DNA of 48,834 bases from a virus, in the IMG/VR virus record IMGVR_UViG_3300005976_000005, positions 100,448 to 149,281 of that record; one strand, 5' to 3'. The position numbers and the translations under genes were made by a program. The notes under the pieces were generated by a model, which saw only the letters and a program-made list of their open reading frames with translations, was not told the origin of the DNA and ran no database searches. Below are positions 27,848-37,985 of this stretch, piece after piece (the stretch's first letter is position 1; every line of letters begins with the position of its first letter).

Positions 27848-28873
27848 TTATAATCCAGTTGCGTTAGAACCTCTATCCTCTAATAATGTATTACCTTGAA
27901 CAGAAAGATATCTACTCTTCTTTTGAGCTCCATGTAAACCAACACTTGACAAATCAGTCAATATTCTTCTTGTACTCAAATCCAAATTAACTTTTACAAA
28001 AAGTGGACCAGCCTCTGTCATCTCCTTGGAGAACTCAAAATCAACTCCTTTTATAATCATATCATTATTGCTAAAATATTGACCTATTTCTACAGTAACA
28101 GATGTAGGAGATGCTCTCAAGATAAAAGCGTCATCTATACTTCCAATGTTTTCTTTCGATTTTATAAATGCCTCTCTCAAAGCTGGTACATTATCACTAA
28201 CATATTCTTTTAACTTTTGAGTATAATCTTTACCAACTTCAACACCCTCTGCAGCAAAACTACCAGCAGTTCCAACGGCCCTTTCTCCTAAACTACTATC
28301 CTTACTAGTAGCCATTTCATTCAATTTCTCTTGCAGTTTTTCAACACCTTGTTCTACAGCTTCTCTAAGCTCTTTGGCTTTCCTTTTAATATCTTCACCC
28401 TCATAGATATTGTCTGGTAAACAATATCTTGACAATAATAATGAACTAATAATCGGTTGACCTATACCGTCCCAGTCAACTATAATCATAGGAACTTTTA
28501 TAGTCAAATAACCGCTTTTTTGATATATAAGCTGAGATGTCAGACCTGCTCCAATATTTGACAAACCACCGACACTAGCCGCTTGATTTGATTTTTCAAT
28601 AGCACCTTTAATTTTATTAGAAAATGTTGGTAATACAGCCCCACCAATACCACCCAAATCTGCCCAATTTGCTTCAATATTAAAACTAAGACCTCCACTC
28701 GAAGCATCATATACACCTTTTATAGATGGGTCTCTATCTTTCTTCATCAACCTATTAGAATTTGGAATTATTCTTACAACAGCATATCCGTTATTATCAC
28801 CCTTTCCAATAGCACTACCATAAGATTCTCTATTGAATACAGATTTGTCAAAAGTTCCTGCTAAAAATCCCAT
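27848..28873 (-). CDS. Baseplate tube initiator-like protein (gp48/gp54-like)
   Basis: SPTSVTVEIGQYF..MIIKGVDFEFSKE..GPLFVKVNLDL; position between TMP and gp53. Confidence 0.55.
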   Translation of the reverse strand: MGFLAGTFDKSVFNRESYGSAIGKGDNNGYAVVRIIPNSNRLMKKDRDPSIKGVYDASSGGLSFNIEANWADLGGIGGAVLPTFSNKIKGAIEKSNQAASVGGLSNIGAGLTSQLIYQKSGYLTIKVPMIIVDWDGIGQPIISSLLLSRYCLPDNIYEGEDIKRKAKELREAVEQGVEKLQEKLNEMATSKDSSLGERAVGTAGSFAAEGVEVGKDYTQKLKEYVSDNVPALREAFIKSKENIGSIDDAFILRASPTSVTVEIGQYFSNNDMIIKGVDFEFSKEMTEAGPLFVKVNLDLSTRRILTDLSSVGLHGAQKKSRYLSVQGNTLLEDRGSNATGL

Positions 28874-28874
28874 T

Positions 28875-31202
28875 TTATCCTCTCATTTCTGCTGAAGCAC
28901 CAAGTGCCCCTCTTGATTGTCTTGGAATAGCACCTTTGAAAGAAGCTCCCATTGCGTTTGCGAGTGCTTGTATAGTAGAATCTGATAAGTCAAGTTTTTC
29001 TTTCTGATTAGAACTTGACTTTCCAGCGATTTGATTTCTTGGCATATTCAGACCACCACCACCAAAGTCAGTTTTTCCTTGGGCAACAGCATGTCTTATA
29101 GCAAAGTTATTAGTGTTTCTTGGACCATAATCACTGCCTGGATATGGCTCAACGTGCCAAGTCTCTTTCTTCTCTTCCCAGTTCAAAAGAGGTCTGTGGA
29201 ATCCCCACTTCTTCATCAATCCCATTCTTTCAAGTGCGTTTGCGTTTGAAGAATTTATATCAATTGCGTATCCAGCTCCATGAACACTATCTCTCTGATT
29301 TCTATATGCTGAGTTTATCTGAATCAAGTCACCTGTTTCACTGAAATATTCTTTAGCCATTCCTGTAAAGTTATTCCACATATCTTTATTGAGATCACCT
29401 ATCTGAGGACTCCAAGGTTTGTATGTGTACCAACCAACTCCTCTCTCACCAGCAATTGATTCAATTCCTCTCTTTCTCGAATCTTTCTCGGGTCTTTCGT
29501 TTTCATACATCATCTCCTGGGCACCTGATACCATTCCACCAAGAGAACTAGCAACCTTTTTCTTAAACTTCTGTAACAACCCTTTCTTCTGTTTTGCTGA
29601 TTGTGGGGTTACCTGTGGAGCTTTTCTGGCTGCTGTTGTTCTCAATTCTTCTTCTACAGATTTATCTAATTTCTGTATAGCATCAGACGCTTTTTTACCT
29701 TTGTCGGCTACCCATCCACGAATACTGCCAGCTTTACTTTTTATCCAATCAGCAGCACCAAAAATAGCATTGCCAGCTTTAAGAACCAAATCACCAGAAC
29801 CAGGAATCATATTATTCATAAAATTAGCGATATTTTCTACTCCCTTCTTTGGGTCTTTAGCAAAATTAATAATTCCTTCTATTCCGCTTATGTACCACCC
29901 AATAACGGGAACTTTTTTCAACGTTTTGTATGCTGCTGGTGCCATAGAAACCGCAGCTTTAGCAGTCTTTCCAATAAATCCTGGTATGGTTTTAATCAAC
30001 CACGAAGCACCATCAACCAAAGGAAATAGTGTTTTAGAAATTAACCAATCCATACCTGGTATTTGAAAAGTATTCAAACCAAGTAATGCCATCTTAATTC
30101 CTTCCATTGGCGCGCCACCGAAAATCATTTTCACACCCTCGAAAAAATCAATATAACCACCAATGAATGGAACTTTCCTCATATCAATCTTTGAACCCTT
30201 TTTTGGTTTCTTTTCCTTCTTCTTTCCAATAGACTTGAAATCTTTTAATAACAACAAAGCATCAATAGCAAGGGAAATAGGTACTCCCGCTCCTGGTAAT
30301 AGAGTAGGAATGACTCCAGAAACAATTTCACCAATACCACCAAGAATATCACCTTTTCTGAATCTGTTTATTCCGAACATTATTCCCAAAATGGTACCAA
30401 TACCTGGAATTTTCGTAGCTGCTTTTTTAGACATAGTTTTACCAATTTTTCTACCAACCAATGTACCAACACCCTTGAATCCAAATCTACTAAAGGTCTT
30501 TGACAAAAGTCTTCCAAACTTTCCTATATCTTTAACTACATCAACAATTTTAAATAAGCTTTTAGCTGGTTTCAAAGATTTCAGACCTTTAAATCCACTA
30601 AACATTAATTTAGGAATATCCCAAACAGCTTTTTTAATACCCTTAACAACACTGTGTAAGAATTCGCTTTTTCCTGTTAATAAGAAACCAATAAGTCCAC
30701 TACCGGCAATAGCAGCGGACAAACCAACACCAATCATACCAAGCATTCCCAGAAGACCTTTACCTTTCTTCTTCTCTTTCTCAAGTTTCAATCGTTCTTT
30801 TGAAAGTTCTTCAAGGTCATCAACCCCCTTAATTAACTTCTTAACTGGGTCTTCTCTACGAACGAAAGACTTCTTTTCTTGAGATGGTTTTGTCATCTTC
30901 TTAAGTTTCAATTGTTCTTTTGAAAGTTCTTCAAGGTCATCAACCCCCTTAATTAACTTCTTTACTAGGTCTTTACTAACGAAAGACTTCTTTTCTTGAG
31001 ATGGTTTTGTCATCTTAAGGATATTTTGATTAAGAACGGACATTTGTTTGGTTAGATTATCAAGAGCCTTGATATTCCTTGTTGAAAAGGAACTCATAGT
31101 CCTATTAAGAGCCCCTACATCTTCGTTTTTCTTTCCAAACAACTGGTTCTTTAGGTTTCTCTGCGAAACAAAGTCCTGTCCTTTATTTTGTTCCTCTAGC
31201 AC
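28875..31202 (-). CDS. Tape-measure-like protein with C-terminal M15 (LAS-type) peptidase
   Basis: Coiled-coil N-terminus, hydrophobic Gly-rich KIPGIG/KVPFIG repeats, INSAYR..SVHGAGYAIDI..ETWHVE Zn-peptidase motifs. Confidence 0.8.
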   Translation of the reverse strand: MLEEQNKGQDFVSQRNLKNQLFGKKNEDVGALNRTMSSFSTRNIKALDNLTKQMSVLNQNILKMTKPSQEKKSFVSKDLVKKLIKGVDDLEELSKEQLKLKKMTKPSQEKKSFVRREDPVKKLIKGVDDLEELSKERLKLEKEKKKGKGLLGMLGMIGVGLSAAIAGSGLIGFLLTGKSEFLHSVVKGIKKAVWDIPKLMFSGFKGLKSLKPAKSLFKIVDVVKDIGKFGRLLSKTFSRFGFKGVGTLVGRKIGKTMSKKAATKIPGIGTILGIMFGINRFRKGDILGGIGEIVSGVIPTLLPGAGVPISLAIDALLLLKDFKSIGKKKEKKPKKGSKIDMRKVPFIGGYIDFFEGVKMIFGGAPMEGIKMALLGLNTFQIPGMDWLISKTLFPLVDGASWLIKTIPGFIGKTAKAAVSMAPAAYKTLKKVPVIGWYISGIEGIINFAKDPKKGVENIANFMNNMIPGSGDLVLKAGNAIFGAADWIKSKAGSIRGWVADKGKKASDAIQKLDKSVEEELRTTAARKAPQVTPQSAKQKKGLLQKFKKKVASSLGGMVSGAQEMMYENERPEKDSRKRGIESIAGERGVGWYTYKPWSPQIGDLNKDMWNNFTGMAKEYFSETGDLIQINSAYRNQRDSVHGAGYAIDINSSNANALERMGLMKKWGFHRPLLNWEEKKETWHVEPYPGSDYGPRNTNNFAIRHAVAQGKTDFGGGGLNMPRNQIAGKSSSNQKEKLDLSDSTIQALANAMGASFKGAIPRQSRGALGASAEMRG
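30783..31016. repeat. ~117-120-bp in-frame tandem duplication in the TMP-like gene
   Basis: KMTKPSQEKKSFV...VKKLIKGVDDLEELSKE.LKL twice, nearly identical DNA. Confidence 0.9.
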
Positions 31203-31455
31203 CTTGTCCTCCTAACATATCAGCTATTGACATATTACCTTGACCTTTCTTAGCTTCTTCATTCTCTTTGTTTCTTTGCTCAGCCATTCTCTCGTACATC
31301 CAAATCAACTCAAAGAATTCCATATCGTTAAAGCTGGGTCTTATACCCATCGCGTAACCTAGTTGAAACTCAACTTCAAGTATATCACTCAAACTTATAT
31401 TCGGGAATAAAGAAGTCGCTGCGAAAGGACACCGCCACAGCGGCGGTACCTCCAC
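31183..31455 (-). CDS. gp51-like small tail/hub assembly chaperone; true start uncertain
   Basis: DILEVEFQLGY..FNDMEFFELIWMYERMAEQRNKENE; overlaps the end of the gp26-like gene in the +1 frame. Confidence 0.65.
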   Translation of the reverse strand: MEVPPLWRCPFAATSLFPNISLSDILEVEFQLGYAMGIRPSFNDMEFFELIWMYERMAEQRNKENEEAKKGQGNMSIADMLGGQGARGTK

Positions 31456-32359
31456 ATTGCTTACATGTGATATTTACAAATGGCTTGATACCCATTCCTT
31501 TCTTCTCCATGTAAGTTCTCAAGTAAGAGTAATCTCCCGGTTCTAGTTCTATAATCCAATGGTACTTCTGTAACAATGTCTGCTCTTTACCATTGATTGT
31601 CTTTATCATCTGAGCCATTGCTAAAAGCTCATCATCAATATCACCAACAGTATTATAGTTCAACTCTTTAAATCTGTCAATGAAAAGCTCATCCTTAATT
31701 CTGAGATAGTCATATGTTATAGTATCATTAATCAACTTTATTTCTTTATTTGGATCAAAGTCATCTGAAATCTGCTGGACTTCAAGATTGTCAAGTTCAA
31801 AATGATATTCTGACTTTTTCTCACACTTTTGACAAATGAAAGGAACGACGTAACCACTGTCTCTATAAGTGTTTGCTCTCAACCAAAAAAGAATGTATAG
31901 TTTGTCAGCAACATACAAATCGTCGTGAACGATACCAGTTGTTGTCCTTCTGACAATATCATTTAGAATGAAATCTCCATTCTCTTCTCCAAGAGACGAA
32001 ACCTTCTTTACCTCCAAAACCTTCATAGGTCTACCTAGAATTTCAGTACCAGCAGAATAAAACTTTCCTTTAGATGGAAGTCCGTTTATCTTCCAAAAGT
32101 TAGAATTTGTATTCGTGTTCGAATTCATCTGACTAGTAAATTGTGCTGGTGATGCCACCTCTTGTGTTCTTGGCATTTCTGGTTCCACAATATTCTGGTT
32201 TTGCTGTTGACCCTGTTGAACGGGATTTTTACCTTCTTTAATTTGCTGTACCATATCGATTATCTTACTGTCAGGAACTTCATTTGGATTTGAATTGGAT
32301 TGTCTTGAATTCTTTTCAAGTTGTCTAAGTTCATCATCACTAACATCTTTCATTTGCAT
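31385..32359 (-). CDS. Baseplate hub assembly chaperone (gp26-like)
   Basis: LPSKGKFY..RPMKVLE..DKLYILFWLRANTY..CQKC..CKQC..DFFIP. Confidence 0.8.
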   Translation of the reverse strand: MQMKDVSDDELRQLEKNSRQSNSNPNEVPDSKIIDMVQQIKEGKNPVQQGQQQNQNIVEPEMPRTQEVASPAQFTSQMNSNTNTNSNFWKINGLPSKGKFYSAGTEILGRPMKVLEVKKVSSLGEENGDFILNDIVRRTTTGIVHDDLYVADKLYILFWLRANTYRDSGYVVPFICQKCEKKSEYHFELDNLEVQQISDDFDPNKEIKLINDTITYDYLRIKDELFIDRFKELNYNTVGDIDDELLAMAQMIKTINGKEQTLLQKYHWIIELEPGDYSYLRTYMEKKGMGIKPFVNITCKQCGGTAAVAVSFRSDFFIPEYKFE

Positions 32360-32375
32360 ATAAACCTCCTAAAGT

Positions 32376-33029
32376 TTATGTACGGCGACCGGCTACCGCA
32401 TTCTGTATTCCACCTACAATACCACTAGCAGCACCAACCCCTTGAGCTAAAACATTCTGTTTTGCAAACACCGTGCTCATCCTATCACAAGCAAAAGTCA
32501 ATGTTCTCTTTACACTCTCATTACCAGTATAAGAATATGTTGCACTGCTAGCATTCAAAAAATACATATCATGAAATATATAGTAAACAACAGGAACTCC
32601 AGTTTTATCCTGGACTTCAACCGTAAATGCTCTCATTTTTACTTTGTTAGGAGCATTATAGTATCCACTACTATTTATTATATTTCTTTGGTTCCAGTTT
32701 ATGAAATACTCTACAGTACCTTGTTCATCTTCTTCCATTGCAACTTCCACTTCAAATCCTTCAAACTCAAGCACTGGAAAAGTTCTTGGAACCTGACCAT
32801 ACATCATTATTTCTTTCTTAAAGCTGTATGTAGGAATAGTAACATCCAAAATATGAAATGGTTGAATTACTGGAGGGAACTCAACGTTTCTTCCAACCGT
32901 GTCACCTTGAAATGGATTGTAAAGAAAAAATCCATAGAACTGCCAGTTCCTTTGAATAGATTTTCCAAAGGCATTTTCTGGTTGTCTAAAGTACCTGAGT
33001 AATTCTATACCATTTATACCTATTGGCAT
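32376..33029 (-). CDS. Tail tube-like protein (gp19/gp54 paralogue)
   Basis: DVTIPTYSF..YGQVPRTFP..YFINWNQ..TLTFACD tube-fold pattern. Confidence 0.65.
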   Translation of the reverse strand: MPIGINGIELLRYFRQPENAFGKSIQRNWQFYGFFLYNPFQGDTVGRNVEFPPVIQPFHILDVTIPTYSFKKEIMMYGQVPRTFPVLEFEGFEVEVAMEEDEQGTVEYFINWNQRNIINSSGYYNAPNKVKMRAFTVEVQDKTGVPVVYYIFHDMYFLNASSATYSYTGNESVKRTLTFACDRMSTVFAKQNVLAQGVGAASGIVGGIQNAVAGRRT

Positions 33030-33094
33030 ATTTCTGTCCTTGATGTGATTAGTGCTAAAATCAATTCAGTGCGAGACATATAATGCCTCACACT

Positions 33095-33102
33095 TATTTA
33101 TA
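33095..33102 (-). promoter_or_regulatory. Late promoter TATAAATA followed by a leader hairpin (GTGTGAGGCAT-TAT-ATGTCTCGCAC)
   Basis: Exact consensus, intergenic. Confidence 0.65.
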
Positions 33103-33131
33103 AATTGAAAAAGAAAGATATCTTGAAGATA

Positions 33132-33680
33132 TTACGCAAATGACCAGAAATCGAACTGGAAAGTACATGAAAACTGAACAGCCGCATTGTCACTGTATGC
33201 CATTGCGACATCACCAACGTTCTGAACGAAACAGTTGTAGAAACGAATTCTTTCTCTCATTTCGTCACCATTATATCTATACATAAGCAAATAAACATCC
33301 TTAGCAACATCTCTCTTCAATGGTCTCAATGACTGACCACCATCAACAGCATTTGGTGAGATGTTGAATATTAAATTCTGCCAGTTAGTTAGTGCTCTAT
33401 GTACTATCTGATCTTCAGTCTCTTCTATAGTAACTTCAAATGTATTACCAAATGTTGGTTTACCAGGGAAGAACTGTTTCATACCTATGAACTGGCTTTC
33501 AATTGGTTCGTTTCCACGAGCAGGGATCGATGCTGTTCTTGCTCTGATGACCAAGTCCTCTACATCACCCATAATATTATCCGTAACATCAGCAATGGAT
33601 GGGATAAATAGTTCCCACATCCATGTTCTCTGAATGTCAGGTAATGTTTTTGCTCTTCCTTCTATTGTTAAATTTGCCAT
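33132..33680 (-). CDS. Tail tube protein (gp19-like)
   Basis: RTWMWELFIP..ARTASIP..FPGKPTF..W..QFSCTFQFDFW; follows the sheath gene. Confidence 0.88.
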   Translation of the reverse strand: MANLTIEGRAKTLPDIQRTWMWELFIPSIADVTDNIMGDVEDLVIRARTASIPARGNEPIESQFIGMKQFFPGKPTFGNTFEVTIEETEDQIVHRALTNWQNLIFNISPNAVDGGQSLRPLKRDVAKDVYLLMYRYNGDEMRERIRFYNCFVQNVGDVAMAYSDNAAVQFSCTFQFDFWSFA

Positions 33681-33721
33681 TTTTTCCTCCTAAAATTTCT
33701 TCAGCTTAATTAGATGTAATT

Positions 33722-34007
33722 TTAAATTTCAAAAAACCTTGAAAGACCATCTAATTCACTTCTTGCTTCTTCCATTTGTTTTCTGTACATTTCAGCATAT
33801 CGTAAAGCTTTTTGTTGATTAACTTCTTCAGCCGAAAACTTTTTTTGGATTCTTACACATTTTAATTATAGCGTCTTTGATAGAAAATGCTTTAACATAT
33901 CCAACTAAGCCGCTTTCTAGGTCATTTCCATAACCAAAAACGCGAAAAACTTTTTCACCTTCATTAGAGTTTAAAACTTCATTCAAATATTCTTTAAATC
34001 CATTCAT
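33722..34007 (-). CDS. Small probable internal head protein; stops at 33828 (59 aa) unless a +1 frameshift in an A7 run (33840-33846) is corrected
   Basis: AAGGAG RBS, MNGFKEYLNE...NPKK; the shifted frame continues FSAEEVNQQKALRYAEMYRKQMEEARSELDGLSRFFEI*. Confidence 0.55.
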
Positions 34008-34092
34008 TTTATTTCTCCTTATTTCTTAAATTATTTTTTAAATTGTCTTCTTTTAAAAGTATTTGTAATACATTTACAAAAATCTCTCAAAT

Positions 34093-35775
34093 TCATCTTT
34101 GTAAGTATTTATACTTTAATTGTCCCGAATTATATATTCTATAAATTTTTCTTTCTGTCATAATCTCACGTTCTGACATATTTTCATCAAATCCATCTTC
34201 TATAAGTTTATCTTTACGATATTTAAACCTATTTTCTTTAATGTTATTTATATAAAAATAATTGGGCTTACTTATAGAATCTAAATCAAATCCCAATTTA
34301 TCATAAAGGGTTTGCCCGTTATTCATTGTCCAACTCCTATCGGCATAACTTATAACATCTTTAGGACAATAATTTCCGATGAAATATTTAAATAATTTAC
34401 TAGCCCCACCAACAACATTAGTATTTATCTTATTACAAAATCTTAACAATTCAAACGAACCCTCTTTATTTTTATTACCTAAACATTTTCTTAATTTACC
34501 AAATGTCATTAATGAGACTAATTCATCTTGGTAGTAAAGTCCAAATCTAATCTTTGACATACAGTTACCTTGAATATGGTTTTGTTCGAGAAATTCCTTC
34601 GAATCCTTGTAAGAGACTTCTTTAATTTCGGTTTTTCTAGCATAAACCTTTTTGGATTTACCAAGCAAATTTAAAATCCTAGATTTTACAACTTCTTGTT
34701 TGTAAATCCAATCATCTTCATAAATATGGACTAAATGTATTCCGATCTCTTCGCATTGTTCGGTTTTATTTAAGTGATAATTTTTATCTTTATATAATTC
34801 CGAATGCCAATAAAGGCCATTGAACTCAAATGCTAATTTCAAATCTGGCAAATAAATGTCTAACTCATATGGGGTTATTATGTTTCTAACGTTTTCTTTA
34901 ATGTTGTTTGAATAATTTTCTTTAACAAAATTTATCATTTCTTTTTCTAAATGAGAAATTCCCATACATTTACATTTTTTACAACCATTTTTACCATTCA
35001 TATGATTGTCTGGTCTTTGATAAAATATTTCATTATGTTCTTTACATTTAATAGGAACACCTATTTGAACATTTTCTATTTCTTTTATTAAAGAATAATC
35101 AAAAGTATCGCCATGTATCTTAACACTTTTTTCAATAAAATTTTCAACAGATATGCGATGGTTTAATCCATTTTCTTTATTAGCACAAAATTTACAACCA
35201 TGGCCTCTATAATGTAAAATTGCCCTTTGTTTAAAAATTCCATGTAACGGACAAATTATATCTATCATAGATTGGCCGTTATTTATATTATTTACTAGAG
35301 AATAGTCGTACTTATCTCCATGAATATTATTAAAAACTTTCAAATAATCTTCTAAACTTTTCTTATAGTTTACACAACACTTGGGACAACCTTTTCCATT
35401 TTTTCTTAGATGTACTGTTGGTCTTTGTTCAAATTTTCCATGTATAGGACATATTATTGTAACATTGTCATAATTGTTTTTACAATTTACTAAAGAATAA
35501 TCGTACTTATTTCCATAAATTTTTATAGCTTCTTTTATAAATTTGGTTGTATTTAATCTTTTATAATTGTTTCTGTTTTCATTAGCACAAGATGGGCATC
35601 CAGATTTCTGTTTACCTATATGATATTGAGGTTGTTGCCAAAAATATCCATGTTTTGGGCATTTTATACAAACTTTAGTTTCACAATTAATATATTTTAC
35701 TTTAGAATAATCGTACTTATCTCCATGAACTTTTTTTGACTTTTGTATAAAAATTGAATCGTTTAATTTTTTCAA
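34093..35775 (-). CDS. Hef-like free-standing homing endonuclease (Zn-ribbon repeats + PD-(D/E)xK + GNAT-like C-terminal domain)
   Basis: Four CPxHG..GCPxC-type repeats, ELDIYLPDLKLAFEFNGLYWHS, NHIQG..ELLRFC..VVGGASKL..SYADRSW; likely TTG start at 35775 after AAGGAG (the track starts at 35853). Confidence 0.85.
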   Translation of the reverse strand: MKKLNDSIFIQKSKKVHGDKYDYSKVKYINCETKVCIKCPKHGYFWQQPQYHIGKQKSGCPSCANENRNNYKRLNTTKFIKEAIKIYGNKYDYSLVNCKNNYDNVTIICPIHGKFEQRPTVHLRKNGKGCPKCCVNYKKSLEDYLKVFNNIHGDKYDYSLVNNINNGQSMIDIICPLHGIFKQRAILHYRGHGCKFCANKENGLNHRISVENFIEKSVKIHGDTFDYSLIKEIENVQIGVPIKCKEHNEIFYQRPDNHMNGKNGCKKCKCMGISHLEKEMINFVKENYSNNIKENVRNIITPYELDIYLPDLKLAFEFNGLYWHSELYKDKNYHLNKTEQCEEIGIHLVHIYEDDWIYKQEVVKSRILNLLGKSKKVYARKTEIKEVSYKDSKEFLEQNHIQGNCMSKIRFGLYYQDELVSLMTFGKLRKCLGNKNKEGSFELLRFCNKINTNVVGGASKLFKYFIGNYCPKDVISYADRSWTMNNGQTLYDKLGFDLDSISKPNYFYINNIKENRFKYRKDKLIEDGFDENMSEREIMTERKIYRIYNSGQLKYKYLQR

Positions 35776-35799
35776 TATAATCTCCTTGATAGATTTAAT

Positions 35800-35865
35800 A
35801 AAAAAGTGGTAATCCTTACTAATCAAGGTTTCAGGAAATGGTTTGCAACCCACTGTCCCACTTTT
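35800..35865 (-). ncRNA. Structured 5' leader (three-way junction) with an anti-RBS segment
   Basis: AAAAGTGG/CCACTTTT closing stem and two internal hairpins; CCTTGAT is complementary to ATCAAGG at the RBS. Confidence 0.45.
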
Positions 35866-35867
35866 AT

Positions 35868-35896
35868 ATTATAACATATTTATTAACATTTGTCAA
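35868..35896 (-). promoter_or_regulatory. Perfect sigma70 promoter of the endonuclease gene
   Basis: TTGACA-17 nt-TATAAT. Confidence 0.85.
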
Positions 35897-37804
35897 TTAC
35901 GCAGTAGCAATTCTAACTTCTTCGAATGAAATTCCTGTACGTGTTATAACAGTAGTCAACTGGATGAATTCAATCGCTCTTGTTGGCTGTACGTAAATGT
36001 CAACATTCAATCTATTAGCATCAATGACAGCAGGAGTATTATTACTCTCATCAACGACAACCTGATATGCTGTCAATCCACCACCAGCCTGAACACCTGC
36101 CAAGAACTCATCTATCAAGCTAAAGACTCTCAATCTTGTCTTAGCAGTATTATTCTCAAAAACAAATGGAAGCAATGCTGTCTCGATGTTGTTCTCAATG
36201 TAAAGAAGATTTCTTCTTACGTTAATTCTATCAAGAGCAGATGCCTTCAACTGAGCAGTCTTCTGACCCCACATAACATGACCAGTTCCTCTTATGAACC
36301 TCGGCACGTTGATATTTCTATCGTAAAGCTTACCAATCTCATCGAATGTCCAAATCTTTCTCTGGTCAAGAACCGAAAGCGTACCTCTATTGATACCAGC
36401 AGGAGCTTCCCAAGGATTAGCAATGTTGTCTACTCTTGCGAACAAAGATGCTCCAAGAATCGCATTTGGCAAGAAAACGAACTTATCGTTGTACTTGTCA
36501 TAGATTTTTGAATATCCTGCATAGATAGCAACATAAGATGGTGTTCTGTAACCATACAATTCAGCATTTCTAACTTGCGTTGTCGTATCGGCATCAAGAT
36601 CACCAGCCTGAACTGTTGCAATACAGTCCGCTCTTGTTGCTGCTATTCTTCCCATTTCCTGCTTGACAGCAGTATTATGAGAACTTCCGATAAGTATCTG
36701 TACATTGACGTTCTCTCTATCCTCGAATATATTCCATCCAGTAATGTCATTCAATCCATCATCCTTCACACTTTCACCACCAGAAAGTATCATCAATCTA
36801 TTACTATTAGATTGTGTTGTCGCAGAAGAAACAAACTTAACATACTCTTCTTCAGTATCAGATATTTCTGCTGTTGGTATAAGGTCATCACTAGGACCAT
36901 TCTCAATTTCCCATTCTACACCAACACTATTTCCCTTCTTGACATAAATGTACTGAGAGTTCCCATTGATAACCTTTTCGATGAAAAGGTTGTTTCCATT
37001 TTCATCCTTCAAGTCTTCACTAAGAGAACCATAGAATGTTTCTACTGGAGACAAGAAAAGTCTTCCATCGTTTCTATCATCGTTGTTTCTATAAAGATCA
37101 TCCCAACTCTGTGTTGTTGACTTTACGTAAACATTGATTTTAGCAACCTTACTACCGATTGGATACCACTCAGCACAATCATCATTTGTCAATGTGTCAG
37201 ATGAAACCGCATGTGCTGAAGTTGGATATTCATCATATGTGAACTTCCAGTCTGCTGATGGGCTAAATGGCTCAATAGTAACAGCAATACTGTTACCATC
37301 TGTACCAGGACCAAGTGCTCCAATAACAAATTTGTCGTGACCATCTGAATCGTCTGCGTAATCATCAATTATACTAATATAGTCAAGCGTGTCAAGTCTA
37401 TTACCTCTTTCCCATCTTGTTCCAGAAATACCAGCACTCTGAATAGTAAAGTCCAATGTAGATGGTGAAACATCTACATGAGCATAGTTGTCTGAACCAG
37501 GCGTGAAATCTCTAACAACGTAGAGATTGTTGGACTCTTTCAAATATTCAAGTGCTCCATAAGCACCATATCCGTATTCTGGAATAAGCTTTCCATTTGT
37601 TGTGGAATCTGTTCCAGAAGTGAAAATTGGTTCACCAAAAACCTCAATAAATTCCTTGTCGTTTGTGACAAGAACTGGTCTATTGACAGGTCCTTTCTTT
37701 GATCTAACTACAATTCCACCATTGGAAATGCCAGTTGGGACTAATATTTCAGAAAGATCAATCTCTCTGCGATAGACACCAGGGGTTGTGAATACTCTTG
37801 CCAT
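35897..37804 (-). CDS. Tail sheath protein (gp18-like)
   Basis: TPGVYRREIDLS, KGPVNRP, PWEAPAGINRG, WGQKT..SALDRINVRR, VQPTRAIEFI. Confidence 0.96.
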   Translation of the reverse strand: MARVFTTPGVYRREIDLSEILVPTGISNGGIVVRSKKGPVNRPVLVTNDKEFIEVFGEPIFTSGTDSTTNGKLIPEYGYGAYGALEYLKESNNLYVVRDFTPGSDNYAHVDVSPSTLDFTIQSAGISGTRWERGNRLDTLDYISIIDDYADDSDGHDKFVIGALGPGTDGNSIAVTIEPFSPSADWKFTYDEYPTSAHAVSSDTLTNDDCAEWYPIGSKVAKINVYVKSTTQSWDDLYRNNDDRNDGRLFLSPVETFYGSLSEDLKDENGNNLFIEKVINGNSQYIYVKKGNSVGVEWEIENGPSDDLIPTAEISDTEEEYVKFVSSATTQSNSNRLMILSGGESVKDDGLNDITGWNIFEDRENVNVQILIGSSHNTAVKQEMGRIAATRADCIATVQAGDLDADTTTQVRNAELYGYRTPSYVAIYAGYSKIYDKYNDKFVFLPNAILGASLFARVDNIANPWEAPAGINRGTLSVLDQRKIWTFDEIGKLYDRNINVPRFIRGTGHVMWGQKTAQLKASALDRINVRRNLLYIENNIETALLPFVFENNTAKTRLRVFSLIDEFLAGVQAGGGLTAYQVVVDESNNTPAVIDANRLNVDIYVQPTRAIEFIQLTTVITRTGISFEEVRIATA

Positions 37805-37820
37805 TGTTTACCTCCAAAAA

Positions 37821-37985
37821 TTAATTATCTTGACTAGAAGTTTTCTTTCTTCTACTAACTTTCTTTTCCGATGACTGTTTGACTTCAACAACTTCTGGTT
37901 CTTTCAATTTATCAGTCTCTTTCTTATTTATATTAGCAGTGCTTTTGACTGCTAATCCTGCTCTTGGCTTTCTCGAATCTCTCAT
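37821..37985 (-). CDS. Small basic protein (54 aa), absent from the ORF track
   Basis: GGAGG RBS; MRDSRKPRAGLAVKSTANINKKETDKLKEPEVVEVKQSSEKKVSRRKKTSSQDN*. Confidence 0.6.
   Translation of the reverse strand: MRDSRKPRAGLAVKSTANINKKETDKLKEPEVVEVKQSSEKKVSRRKKTSSQDN

Noticed and set aside
29419-30882. Long plus-strand ORFs (215 and 239 aa) and other plus-strand ORFs in the track
   Set aside because: Antisense shadows of well-supported minus-strand genes, with no RBS or recognisable motifs
35776-35853. N-terminal extension MGCKPFPET... of the endonuclease in the ORF track
   Set aside because: It lies in the structured leader just after the promoter; the RBS points to the TTG at 35775
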